In this document: positions 19,186 to 28,088 of the stretch, one piece after another
Numbering within the stretch: the first letter of the stretch is position 1
Layout of the letters: each line of letters begins with the position of its first letter
Source: Oscillospiraceae bacterium
Lineage (GTDB): Bacteria; Bacillota; Clostridia; Oscillospirales; Oscillospiraceae
Length of the DNA: 64,000 bases
NCBI GenBank assembly: GCA_022793685.1
Contig: JAAWDI010000027.1
Coordinates: 11,748 to 75,747 of the forward strand
Direction: 5' to 3'
The notes under the pieces: model-generated
What the model was told of the DNA's origin: nothing
Database searches by the model: none
The model's input: only the letters and a program-made list of their open reading frames with translations
Program-made: the position numbers and the translations under genes

Positions 19186-20025
19186 ATGGAACGGGAGCAA
19201 TATTTTTGCCGCGCCGGTCGCCCTGTACCGGTCGACTTGGGCTACCGCCCAGAGGACGCCTTTCGGCCCTCCGTCTGGCTGGACAGCAGCGCCGTCCCCG
19301 GCTGTATGTGCAGCCACAGCGGCTGGTTCGTGATGCCCTGCCGCCAGGAGGGCTTGGTAAAGCACAAGACCGATGAAATTCTGATTTTTGTGGGCGGCGA
19401 CCCTGCCGACCCGGAAAATCTCAACGGCGAAATCGAATTGCAGCTGGAGCAGGACAAGCTCACCCTCACCCACACCTGCGTGGTGTTCATCCCCGCCGGA
19501 GCCGCCCACGGCAACCTTGAGGTGAAACGCGCCGATAAGCCTATCCTCCACTTCACCATCCAGATGAGCGAAAGCGATTACTCCGCCGAGCCTGCCGCGG
19601 CCACCGCGCCCGTCGGGACTTACGCCAACCATGTGGTGGAGCGCTATGAGCCGGTGGACGGTTCCCGCCCTGAGGCCCCGCCGGGATTTCTGACGCTCTT
19701 GCTTTGGCTGGACAGTCAAAAGCTGAAGAGTGCGCCCTATCTGGAGACCGTCTGGTTCCACACCACCAACGACACCGGCCCGGAGGAGCACATGCACGAC
19801 GACTTGGACGAGCTGATTGGCTTTTTCGGCACCGACCCAGAGCATCCCGACGAATTGGGCGGCGAGGTGCAGTTCTTTGTGGAGGGCGAGCCGGTTTCCG
19901 TCCGCAAAAGCTGCATTATTTATCTGCCCCGCGGCGTGCGGCATAGTCCCATTCTTGTCCCTGAGCTGAAGCGGCCCATTATCCATTTCTCCGCCGGCAA
20001 CGGCGGCGATTACGCCCGAAAATAA
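19186..20025 (+). CDS. Bicupin-like protein (two cupin-type modules), function unknown
   Basis: Internal duplication: HKTDEILIFVGGDPADPENLNGEIELQLEQDKLTLTHTCVVFIPAGAAHG versus HMHDDLDELIGFFGTDPEHPDELGGEVQFFVEGEPVSVRKSCIIYLPRGVRHS. Confidence 0.65.
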   Translation: MEREQYFCRAGRPVPVDLGYRPEDAFRPSVWLDSSAVPGCMCSHSGWFVMPCRQEGLVKHKTDEILIFVGGDPADPENLNGEIELQLEQDKLTLTHTCVVFIPAGAAHGNLEVKRADKPILHFTIQMSESDYSAEPAAATAPVGTYANHVVERYEPVDGSRPEAPPGFLTLLLWLDSQKLKSAPYLETVWFHTTNDTGPEEHMHDDLDELIGFFGTDPEHPDELGGEVQFFVEGEPVSVRKSCIIYLPRGVRHSPILVPELKRPIIHFSAGNGGDYARK

Positions 20026-20081
20026 AAGAATACCTGCGTCCCTTATAGATATTGATTATACCTATGCTCGTTTTTAGCTAT

Positions 20082-20110
20082 TTTACAATTTCCCGCAGAT
20101 GTGCCATAAT
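20082..20110 (+). promoter_or_regulatory. Candidate promoter of the glycyl radical enzyme gene
   Basis: TTTACA, 17 nt spacer, CATAAT. Confidence 0.45.
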
Positions 20111-20180
20111 GAATCTGTGAAAATAGCACAACGCAGACACTGTTGTATAACCAATTCATTCAGAAAGAAGGAGTCACGCA

Positions 20181-22634
20181 ATGTATGAATTCAGACCCAT
20201 CGCAGACCGTATTGAGCGGATGCGCGCAAAGGTTCGCGACCGCCTGATTGTCGCGGACGCCGCCAAGGCGCGCTTGCAGTTGGAGGGCGAGCAGAAGTAC
20301 CACGATTATCCCCCCATGCTGGCAAAGCCTTACATCTCCCTCCACGTCTTTTCCAACATGCCCATTGACATTGTAGAGGACGAGTATTTCGCCGGCGACG
20401 TGGGCAACAAGGGCTGGGGCGACGCCAACGGCATGTTCTGGCTGGTTGCCGACATTGAAAACACCTGGCCCATCATGGAGGACGGCCTCCACCACGCCCC
20501 CAAGGACGACCCCATCTATTCCTTGCAGGACTTGGCCATTGCGCCCGAAGATCTGAAGGAGCTGCGCGCCATCTTCGCCGAAAAGATGACGGCTTACGGC
20601 AAGTTCGGCCCCAACGAATGGCTGCCCGACGGCGCGCTGGATTTCTTCAAGCTGCAAGCCTCCGATTACGGCAAAATCGGCGGCTTCCCCACTATGCTGC
20701 CTCCCGGTCACCTGACCCCCGGCTTCCAGAACATCCTGAAGCGCGGCTATGCCGACATCCGCAAGCAGGCGCAGGACTGGCTGGACGAGCACGAGGGCAA
20801 CGTTCAGGGCGACAACATGGGCCGCTACATCTTCTACAAGGCGGCCACCGTCGCCTGCGACGGCGCTATGGTGCTGCACCGCCGCTATGCGGACTTGGCC
20901 CGTGAGAAGGCGAAAACTGCCGCCACGCCTGAGCGCAAGGCAGAACTGCTCCAGATGGCGGACAGTCTTGACTGGATTGCTGAAAAGCCCGCCCGCGGCT
21001 TCCGCGAGGCGCTTCAGCAGGTCATGATGTACAACGTCTTCCTCAAGGCGGACAACAACCCCGGCGTCACCAGCCTGGGCCGCTTTGACCAGTACGCTTG
21101 GCCGTACCTGAAGAAGGAGCTGGAAGAGGGTACCATCACCATGGACGAAGCGCAGGAGCTGGTGGACGCTTTCTTCCTGAAGGTCAACACCTTCTACGCC
21201 GGCGGCTTCGGCAAGATGCAGCAGACCGCAGGCATCGGCCATCTGGGCCAGCACACCACCATCGGCGGCGTAATTCCTGAGACTGGCGAGGACGCCACCA
21301 ATCCCCTCTCCTTCATGGTGTTGGAGGCCATGGCCCGTCTGAACCTGCACGAGCCGACGGTCTCCCTGCGCGTCAGCCGCAAGACCCCGAAGGAGATTTG
21401 GGACTGCGCCATGGCCACCTCCATGCGGGTGGGCGGCCTGCCTCTGCTCCAAAACGATGAGGTCATTATCCCCGCGCTCCAGAAGGAGCTTGGCTTTGAG
21501 CTGGAGGACGCCCGCAACTTTGCCTTCATCGGCTGTCAGGAAATCACCGGCAGCGGCAACGACTATCCGGCTCCCAACGGTTCCTCCATGTCCCATAGCG
21601 GCATCTACTGGGCCATCGCGCTGGTCATGGCCCTCAACAACGGCGTGAACCCCATCAACGGCGAAAAAGCGCCTGACAAGGTCTGCTCCGGCTACCTGTA
21701 CGACATGAAGTCCATGGACGAGGTCAAGGCTGCCTTTGAGAAGATGGCTACCTGGATGCTCACCTGGTCCGCTACCCTGAATAACTACACGGAGCACGAG
21801 TATCCCCGCCTGTTCCCCTTCCCCAACCTGTCCATCTCCACCACCGGCTGCATGGAGAGCGGCAAGGACGTGTCCGAGGGCGGCGCGAAGTACAACTCCT
21901 ATGGCGGCACCGCCACCGGTCTGGCCACCACGGCAGACAGCCTGACCGCCCTCAAGTACATGGTCTTTGACAAGAAGCTGGTCTCCGCCAAGGAGTATCT
22001 GGACGCTATCCTGGCCAACTGGGAGGGCTACGAGAACTTGCGCCAGCAGGTGCTCCATCAGGTGCCTCACTTCGGCAACGCCGACCCCTATGCTGACGCC
22101 GAGATGAAGTATGCCATCGAGCTGTACTACAACATCTCCCGCGCCTTCTCCACCCACCGCTGCACCACCTACCGCTGCGGCACCTTCGGCGCTTCCGACC
22201 ATGTGGCGCAGGGTGAAATCACTTGGGCAACGCCGGACGGCCGCAAGACGGGCGAGCCGATTGCCGACGCCGCCAGCCCCGGTCAGGGCAGAGATGTGAA
22301 CGGCCCCACCTCGGTGTTCGTTTCCTCCGCCAGCTTTGACCATTCTCACTACATGGACGGCATGGCGCTCAACCTGAAGATTCATCCCACCGCTTTGAAG
22401 TCTACCGACGGCATCACCAAGCTGGAGGACATGACCAAGGCCTACTTCTTTGAGCAGGGCGGTATGGAAGTCCAGTACAACGTGGTGGACGGCGAAACCC
22501 TGCGTAAGGCGCAGGAGAACCCGGAGGAATACCACAATCTGGTCGTCCGCATCGCGGGCTTCAGCGCCTACTTCGTGGATATGACTCCGGCCATGCAGGA
22601 GGACATCATCTCCCGTGCCGAGCACGCGATTTAA
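20181..22634 (+). CDS. Glycyl radical enzyme, PFL2/glycerol-dehydratase (eliminase) class, substrate unknown
   Basis: 817 aa. The N-terminus MYEFRPIADRIERMRAKVRDR is typical of PFL2. Cys loop FIGCQEITG (Cys452, nt 21534-36). Glycyl motif VVRIAGFSAYFVDM (Gly793, nt 22557-59). Confidence 0.92.
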   Translation: MYEFRPIADRIERMRAKVRDRLIVADAAKARLQLEGEQKYHDYPPMLAKPYISLHVFSNMPIDIVEDEYFAGDVGNKGWGDANGMFWLVADIENTWPIMEDGLHHAPKDDPIYSLQDLAIAPEDLKELRAIFAEKMTAYGKFGPNEWLPDGALDFFKLQASDYGKIGGFPTMLPPGHLTPGFQNILKRGYADIRKQAQDWLDEHEGNVQGDNMGRYIFYKAATVACDGAMVLHRRYADLAREKAKTAATPERKAELLQMADSLDWIAEKPARGFREALQQVMMYNVFLKADNNPGVTSLGRFDQYAWPYLKKELEEGTITMDEAQELVDAFFLKVNTFYAGGFGKMQQTAGIGHLGQHTTIGGVIPETGEDATNPLSFMVLEAMARLNLHEPTVSLRVSRKTPKEIWDCAMATSMRVGGLPLLQNDEVIIPALQKELGFELEDARNFAFIGCQEITGSGNDYPAPNGSSMSHSGIYWAIALVMALNNGVNPINGEKAPDKVCSGYLYDMKSMDEVKAAFEKMATWMLTWSATLNNYTEHEYPRLFPFPNLSISTTGCMESGKDVSEGGAKYNSYGGTATGLATTADSLTALKYMVFDKKLVSAKEYLDAILANWEGYENLRQQVLHQVPHFGNADPYADAEMKYAIELYYNISRAFSTHRCTTYRCGTFGASDHVAQGEITWATPDGRKTGEPIADAASPGQGRDVNGPTSVFVSSASFDHSHYMDGMALNLKIHPTALKSTDGITKLEDMTKAYFFEQGGMEVQYNVVDGETLRKAQENPEEYHNLVVRIAGFSAYFVDMTPAMQEDIISRAEHAI

Positions 22635-22667
22635 GCGGCGTCTCACCGACAGAAAAATTGATTTTAG

Positions 22668-22703
22668 AAAAAGCCGCGAGAGCATATGCTCTCGCGGCTT
22701 TTT
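22668..22703 (+). terminator. Rho-independent terminator
   Basis: Hairpin aaaaagccgcgagagcatatgctctcgcggc followed by ttttt. Confidence 0.85.
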
Positions 22704-22848
22704 CACCTGCTCCTAAATTCCAAAATGAGATTTCAGCATACAAAAGGCGGTATGCGGACGCTGCTTCTGAATGGTACCAAAATCCGGATGAAAGCAGCTG
22801 CAGACTCGGTTTGGAAAGAAAGGGCAAGAGAGCAAGCAGCACTTTTGC

Positions 22849-22887
22849 AAAAAAAAATGCCGGAGCAAAGTCTGCTTTGCTCCGGCA
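22849..22887 (-). terminator. Rho-independent terminator after tRNA-Ala
   Basis: The minus strand reads tgccggagcaaagcagactttgctccggca followed by ttttttttt. Confidence 0.75.
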
Positions 22888-22963
22888 TGGTGGACCTGAT
22901 CGGATTCGAACCGACGACCCCTACAATGCGAATGTAGTGCGCTCCCAGCTGCGCTACAGGCCC
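22888..22963 (-). tRNA. tRNA-Ala (anticodon CGC)
   Basis: Minus strand: GGGCCTGTAGCGCAGCTGGGAGCGCACTACATTCGCATTGTAGGGGTCGTCGGTTCGAATCCGATCAGGTCCACCA. Cloverleaf folds by eye, the G3:U70 Ala identity pair is present, the anticodon loop is TTCGCAT, and CCA is encoded. Confidence 0.93.
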
Positions 22964-23054
22964 ATATTGGTTTTTTGCGGCGCATAAATCCACGCCACGT
23001 TTTGTTATTATACCATATTTTTTGCGGTTGTAAAGCCCTTTTTTCATTCTCATA

Positions 23055-23083
23055 TTGATTAAATCCATGTTTTGTAGTACAAT
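23055..23083 (+). promoter_or_regulatory. Candidate promoter of SRP RNA
   Basis: TTGATT, 17 nt spacer, TACAAT. Confidence 0.5.
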
Positions 23084-23090
23084 ATGTAAA

Positions 23091-23402
23091 GTCTTGACCC
23101 CACTTCGACGCGGGGCAAGGCCGCACTAGTCGGGGAGTTAGCGGTGCCCTCTACCTGCAACCCGCTACAGCAGGGATGAATCCCGGCCCCCGGACTCTTT
23201 CCGTGCCGTCCGCCCTCCGTAAGCAGCGATGATGGATCGGTCCCGCGCAACGGCGTGCCGCGAACCGTGTCAGGTGGGGAACCAAGCAGCACTAAACGGA
23301 TTTCTCCGTGTGCCGCGGGGCTGCCGTTCCTGAGCCGGCTGCGCAGGTAACGGGCATGGATTGAGCTTCAAAGGCCGGTGTGCGGTCTTGCCTCGCGTCG
23401 AA
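23091..23402 (+). ncRNA. ffs: Signal recognition particle RNA (large, Bacillus/Clostridium type)
   Basis: Contains the conserved domain IV motif GUGUCAGGUGGGGAACCAAGCAGC. The 5' ttcgacgcggggcaaggccgcac pairs with the 3' gtgcggtcttgcctcgcgtcgaa. It sits immediately upstream of dnaX as in other Firmicutes. Ends are approximate. Confidence 0.8.
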
Positions 23403-23430
23403 CCGTTTATGAAACAGGTGGTGACTCCTT

Positions 23431-25182
23431 TTGTATCAGGCGCTCTACCGCAAATGGCGTCCCCGCACCTTTGACGAGGTGGTGGGGCAAGTCCATATCA
23501 CCGAAACGCTGAAACGGCAGGTTGCTTCCGGCAGGCTATCCCACGCCTATCTTTTTACCGGCACCCGCGGCACCGGCAAGACCTCCTGCGCCAAAATCAT
23601 GGCGCGGGCAGTCAACTGTGAAAACCCGCAAGACGGCAACCCCTGCAACGCCTGCCCCGCCTGCCTGGGCATTGAAAATGGCTCCATTCTGGACGTTTTG
23701 GAGTTGGACGCCGCTTCCAACAACGGCGTCGACCAGGTGCGCGCCCTGCGGGATGAGGCGGTTTACACCCCCGCCGCCGTGCGCAAACGGGTTTACATCG
23801 TGGACGAGGTGCATATGCTCTCCACCCCCGCTTTCAATGCCCTGCTTAAAATTTTGGAGGAACCGCCTGAGCATTTGATGTTCATTCTGGCAACCACAGA
23901 GCTTCATAAGGTGCCCGCCACAATAAAATCCCGCTGCCAGCAGTTCGCCTTCAAGCGTATCCTGCCCGGCGATTTGGCACGGCAGCTCTCCTTCGTGGCA
24001 GAGCAGGAGTCCATCAGCCTCACCGCCGAAGGGGCTGCCCTGCTGGCGCGCCTGGCGGACGGCGGAATGCGGGACGCCCTCTCCCTGCTGGACCAATGCG
24101 CCGGTTCCGGCGGTACGGTGGATGAGGCCGCGATTCTCTCTGTCCTCGGTTTAGCGGGCAACCTGAAAACCGCTTCCCTTCTGCAAGCCATTGCAGACCA
24201 CAACGCCGCCTCTGCCCTTTCCCTTCTGGGGGGGCTATACAGCGCCGGAAAAGAAGTAGGTGCGCTTCTGGGGGAACTGTCCGCCCTGATGCGCGACCTG
24301 CTTTTGCGGCAGACCGCCCCCAACGGCGGCGCTTCCCTGCTCACTGGCGGGTACGATGAGCAAACCATGCGCACCCTCTCTGCTGCGCTTCCCGCCAAGC
24401 GTTTGCTGGCTATGCTGGCGCTCGTTCAGCAGACGGCGGCCGAGTTACCCCGCAGCAGTAACCGCCGTACCGACGCGGAGGTGTGCCTCATCCGCCTTTG
24501 CGACGAAACGCTGGATGATTCTCTCTCCGGGCTGAACGCCCGTCTGGAACGGTTGGAATCGCTCCTCCCCGGCGGAACCGCCACCCTGACCGTCCCCACA
24601 CAGATTGCTCCCCCTGTGGCGCCGCCCTCCCCCACGCCAAAGGCGGCGGAACCTCCTGCTCCCACACAAGACGACCTTCCTCCCTTTGACTTGGCTCCAG
24701 CGCCTGAAAAGGAAAAGGCACAGGCTCCCCCGCCTGTCCGGAAAGCGCCGCCGACCACACCCAAAGCGCCTGCCACGCCTCAGCCTTCATTCGGCGGTCC
24801 GGTGGATTCATCCTTCTGGCCCAGTGTTGTAAAGGCAGCAAAGGGAAAGCTCTCTCCCGCCGCGTACAGTTTCCTGCAAAACCCCGCCATGGTGTTCGCT
24901 ACGGCGGACGCTCAAGCGGTCACATTGTGGGTGCAGTCCACACTGGTGCAAGGCGTGCTGAACAAAAGCGACGTTACCGAGGTTTTGCGCGGACTGATTG
25001 AAACCAAGCTGGGCCGCAGCGTTCCCCGGCTGATATTTACTGTGGGCAAGCCGCCTGCGGGACAGGTGGCGCCTGCCGCCGACACGCCGGCCGAACCTCC
25101 CTCTCGTGAGGAAACCCATGACAAATTAGACGACCTGCTGGCGCTGGGCCAGCAGTTTGACAACATCATCATCGAAGAGTAA
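23431..25182 (+). CDS. dnaX: DNA polymerase III subunit gamma/tau
   Basis: LYQALYRKWRPRTFDEVVGQ..., Walker A GTRGTGKTS, zinc module CENPQDGNPCNACPAC, and VYIVDEVHMLS. TTG start follows aggtgg. Confidence 0.95.
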   Translation: MYQALYRKWRPRTFDEVVGQVHITETLKRQVASGRLSHAYLFTGTRGTGKTSCAKIMARAVNCENPQDGNPCNACPACLGIENGSILDVLELDAASNNGVDQVRALRDEAVYTPAAVRKRVYIVDEVHMLSTPAFNALLKILEEPPEHLMFILATTELHKVPATIKSRCQQFAFKRILPGDLARQLSFVAEQESISLTAEGAALLARLADGGMRDALSLLDQCAGSGGTVDEAAILSVLGLAGNLKTASLLQAIADHNAASALSLLGGLYSAGKEVGALLGELSALMRDLLLRQTAPNGGASLLTGGYDEQTMRTLSAALPAKRLLAMLALVQQTAAELPRSSNRRTDAEVCLIRLCDETLDDSLSGLNARLERLESLLPGGTATLTVPTQIAPPVAPPSPTPKAAEPPAPTQDDLPPFDLAPAPEKEKAQAPPPVRKAPPTTPKAPATPQPSFGGPVDSSFWPSVVKAAKGKLSPAAYSFLQNPAMVFATADAQAVTLWVQSTLVQGVLNKSDVTEVLRGLIETKLGRSVPRLIFTVGKPPAGQVAPAADTPAEPPSREETHDKLDDLLALGQQFDNIIIEE

Positions 25183-25197
25183 AGGAGTACAATCGCC

Positions 25198-25551
25198 ATG
25201 GCAAAAGGATACGGAAGACGCCCCGGCATGGGCGGCGGAATGGGCGGCGGCCTGAATATGAACATGATTAAGCAAGCCCAGAAAATGCAGCAGGATATGG
25301 CGGCCATGCAAGAGGAACTGGAGAAGAAGGAGTACACGGCCACCGCAGGCGGCGGCGTGGTCTCTGCCGCAGTCACCGGCGGTCATGTACTAAAGAGCCT
25401 GACCATCGACCCGGAAGCCGTCGACCCCGACGACGTGGAGATGCTTCAGGACATGATTGTGGCCGCTGTCAACGAGGCCATGCGCGCTGCGGAAAATGAG
25501 ATGTCCTCCTCCATGCAGAAGATAACCGGCGGTATGGGTCTCCCCTTCTGA
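25198..25551 (+). CDS. ybaB: YbaB/EbfC family nucleoid-associated protein
   Basis: NMNMIKQAQKMQQDMAAMQEELEKKEYTATAGGGVVSAAVTG...DPDDVEMLQDMIVAAVNEA is the canonical pattern. Confidence 0.9.
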   Translation: MAKGYGRRPGMGGGMGGGLNMNMIKQAQKMQQDMAAMQEELEKKEYTATAGGGVVSAAVTGGHVLKSLTIDPEAVDPDDVEMLQDMIVAAVNEAMRAAENEMSSSMQKITGGMGLPF

Positions 25552-25562
25552 AACAACCGACG

Positions 25563-25595
25563 AAAAGCGGCCACACTGATGTGCGGCCGCTTTTT
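25563..25595 (+). terminator. Rho-independent terminator
   Basis: Hairpin aaaagcggccacactgatgtgcggccgc followed by ttttt. Confidence 0.65.
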
Positions 25596-25685
25596 CATGT
25601 ATTTTTAATGGAAATTACCATGCGCTTCAAAGGAAGAATGCAGTAGAATGAGATACACACCAAAACGGAAAGGAGCGAGGGACTG

Positions 25686-26267
25686 ATGAAAAAGGACGAA
25701 TACCTCGCACGGCTTGGCGCCCTTTTAGCCGGACAAATGCCGTCCAAAGAAGTGGACGGCATCCTGAATTATTATGAAGAGTATTTCCGAGAGGTCGGTC
25801 CAGATGGCGAAGCGGCCCTGATTGCCGAGTTGGGCGCGCCGGAATATCTGGCGGGACGCATTTTGGGCCGCTCCGTCAGCGGAACGCAGGAACCTGCCTC
25901 TCATGCAGAACCCTGGAATGTGTCAGACCTGACCCCCGCCCACCATTATGAGCCACCCTCCGTCGGCGTGGGCATTTGCCTTGTCTGCACCGCCGTTCTG
26001 CTTTTCATCATCGCCATTTCTCTGTTGGTCGGGTTAGCGGGCAGCGGCGTTATCTGCGTCATCACCGGCATCGGTCTTGTCATTGGCGGCTCCTTCGCCG
26101 GGGGACTCTTTTCCATTGTCAGCAGTTTTGCCGTTCGCCTCTGTCTCGGCGGCTCCGGCCTGCTGACGGCAGGCATTGGGCTTTTGCTGTTGGTCGGCGG
26201 GGTCAGCGCCTTCCGCAGCATCTGGCATGCTGCGGTGGAGCTTCTCCACCGTGTGAAGGGAGCGTGA
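25686..26267 (+). CDS. DUF1700 domain-containing membrane protein
   Basis: MKKDEYLARLGALLAGQMPSKEVDGILNYYEEYFREVG...IAELGAPEYLAGRILG followed by TM helices. Confidence 0.75.
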   Translation: MKKDEYLARLGALLAGQMPSKEVDGILNYYEEYFREVGPDGEAALIAELGAPEYLAGRILGRSVSGTQEPASHAEPWNVSDLTPAHHYEPPSVGVGICLVCTAVLLFIIAISLLVGLAGSGVICVITGIGLVIGGSFAGGLFSIVSSFAVRLCLGGSGLLTAGIGLLLLVGGVSAFRSIWHAAVELLHRVKGA

Positions 26268-26272
26268 ACGGC

Positions 26273-27055
26273 ATGATGAAAAAACTCTGCAAGGTGGCGG
26301 GCTGCCTGATTGCCATCGGCCTTGTCCTGCTGCTGGTCGGCGGACTGATGGGCGGCTTCCGTGCCGGTTTCGGCATCCTGCATATCGACCGCCACGGCGT
26401 CCACTGGGGCCGCACCGATTCTGGCAGCTCCCATCAAATCGAGCTGTCAGACTCTTTCCACACGCTGGATGTGGACGTCAGCTTCGGCGACATCTCTTTA
26501 GAAAAAGGCGACCACTTTTCCGCAAAAATTGAGTGGAACGGCGGGGAGGACGACTACACCGCCGCCGTCAGCGACGGCGCCCTCTCCATCAACAGCACCG
26601 CCGTTTCCCACTACGCCGAGCTGCAAAACGGCGCTGAAATCACCATTACCGTCCCGGAGGAGCTTGTCTCCGCATACCTATACACCGAATTAGGCGACAT
26701 CGAGTTAGAGAAGCTTGTTTTTCGTGACAGCGTATCGCTTCAAACCGACCTCGGCGACATTGAGGCGGACGACTGCACCTTTTCCAATACGTTGGACGCC
26801 CACTCCAATCTGGGCAACGTTGACCTGTCCGGCAGCCTTCTCTGCAATGTGAACGCCGGCAGCGATATGGGCGACGTGGACATCCAGACCACAGAAAAGC
26901 AGAGCGCTTATGATTGCCATGCGGCGACCGACTTGGGCAGCATTACCGTCAACAGCCGCTCTGTCAGCGGCCATGAATATCGCCACGGCTCCGGTGGCTA
27001 TTTGCTGGAGGCGACCACCGACTTGGGCAGCATTTCCCTAAAATTCAGCCATTGA
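26273..27055 (+). CDS. DUF4097 family beta-strand repeat protein (membrane-anchored)
   Basis: N-terminal TM helix, then repeated xLGDIEx/xxGDVDx strands (FGDISLE, LGDIELE, LGDIEAD, LGNVDLS, MGDVDIQ, LGSITVN, LGSISLK). Start taken at ATG 26273. Confidence 0.75.
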   Translation: MMKKLCKVAGCLIAIGLVLLLVGGLMGGFRAGFGILHIDRHGVHWGRTDSGSSHQIELSDSFHTLDVDVSFGDISLEKGDHFSAKIEWNGGEDDYTAAVSDGALSINSTAVSHYAELQNGAEITITVPEELVSAYLYTELGDIELEKLVFRDSVSLQTDLGDIEADDCTFSNTLDAHSNLGNVDLSGSLLCNVNAGSDMGDVDIQTTEKQSAYDCHAATDLGSITVNSRSVSGHEYRHGSGGYLLEATTDLGSISLKFSH

Positions 27056-27060
27056 ACAAA

Positions 27061-27094
27061 GAGCGGGGGATAAAATCCATCCCCCGCTCCTTTT
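27061..27094. terminator. Bidirectional rho-independent terminator
   Basis: Hairpin gagcgggggataaaatccatcccccgctc flanked by A/T runs, between convergent genes. Confidence 0.75.
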
Positions 27095-28028
27095 ATATAC
27101 CCCGCAAAACAGCGTCGGCGGCAGTTACCCTGCTCCAATTGAAATCTGCGGCCAACTCCCGCGCCGTGACCGGATATTCCCGTCCCGTAAGGCCCAGCAG
27201 AAATGCCAGCTTTCCCACCAGCCGCTCCGGTGTGAGGGCTTCCCGCAGAGCCGCCATGTCCAAATCCCGTTCCCGCTTAGAAAGCCGTCGTCCGTCAGGC
27301 GCCAGCAGCAGCGGCGTGTGGATGTACCTTGGCGGCTCATACCCCAATTCCCTCAGAAGAAACATCTGCCGCGGCGTAGACGAAAGCAGGTCTCTCCCCC
27401 GCACCACTTCAGTGACGCCCATCCGCCCGTCGTCCACACAGACCGCAAGCTGATACGCCCACATGCCGTCAGAGCGCCGCAGGAGAAAGTCGCCGCAGTC
27501 ATGCCGCAAATTCTGGGAAAACAGTCCTTGCAGGCCGTCCTCCACTGTAAAGCTCTCGTCAGGCGCCAGAACACGCACCCCTCTGGGGCGCTGGGCAAGC
27601 CGGGCAGCCCGCTCCGCCTCCGTCAGGGCATAGCATGGGCAGCGGCCCTCGGCGGCTTCGGCTCCATGGGGCGCGGCCGCCAGCCGCTGGGCACGGGTAC
27701 ACCAGCAGGGGTACAGCAGCCCCTTTGCCTCCAGCGTGCGAAGCGCTTCCTCATAGAGCGGGCCGCATTCGCTTTGGCGGTAGGGGCCGCAGCCGCCGCC
27801 GGTTAAAGGGCCCTCATCCCAGTCCAGCCCCAACCATTGAAGGTCTTCTATCAGAAAATCGCTGTACGCGCTTTTACACCGCTCGCCGTCCAAGTCCTCC
27901 AGCCGCAGCACCATTGCACCCCTTTGGGCGCGTACCGAACACCACGCCAGCAAGGCGCTGCTCACATTGCCCAAATGCATCCGTCCGCTGGGGCTTGGGG
28001 CAAAACGGCCCCGTACTGCCTCCGCCAT
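27093..28028 (-). CDS. gluQ: tRNA glutamyl-Q(34) synthetase (GluRS catalytic-domain paralogue)
   Basis: RGRFAPSPSGRMHLGN (HIGH-like), a zinc-type CWC...CPC region, AYQLAVCVDD, and LSKR (KMSKS-like). About 310 aa with no anticodon-binding domain. ATG 28028 follows gggagg. Confidence 0.8.
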   Translation of the reverse strand: MAEAVRGRFAPSPSGRMHLGNVSSALLAWCSVRAQRGAMVLRLEDLDGERCKSAYSDFLIEDLQWLGLDWDEGPLTGGGCGPYRQSECGPLYEEALRTLEAKGLLYPCWCTRAQRLAAAPHGAEAAEGRCPCYALTEAERAARLAQRPRGVRVLAPDESFTVEDGLQGLFSQNLRHDCGDFLLRRSDGMWAYQLAVCVDDGRMGVTEVVRGRDLLSSTPRQMFLLRELGYEPPRYIHTPLLLAPDGRRLSKRERDLDMAALREALTPERLVGKLAFLLGLTGREYPVTARELAADFNWSRVTAADAVLRGI

Positions 28029-28045
28029 CTGCACGCCTCCCTTCT

Positions 28046-28081
28046 AAAAAGCCCTCCGGCCAAATGGCCGGAGGGCTTTTT
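28046..28081 (-). terminator. Rho-independent terminator after mreB
   Basis: Palindrome aaaaagccctccggccaaatggccggagggcttttt. Confidence 0.8.
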
Positions 28082-28088
28082 CTGCCGC

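Noticed and set aside
16779-19986. Minus-strand ORFs 16779..17867 and 18901..19986
   Set aside because: They are antisense to the ABC ATPase/HdeD genes and to the bicupin gene respectively. They have no SD and low-complexity translations.
20160-22706. 848-aa minus-strand ORF
   Set aside because: It is exactly antisense to the glycyl radical enzyme. This is a typical long antisense ORF of high-GC DNA, with Gly/Ala/Val/His-rich composition and no motifs.
22658-23292. Several 77-137-aa ORFs on both strands
   Set aside because: They overlap tRNA-Ala, its terminator and promoter, and the SRP RNA. This region is explained by RNA genes.
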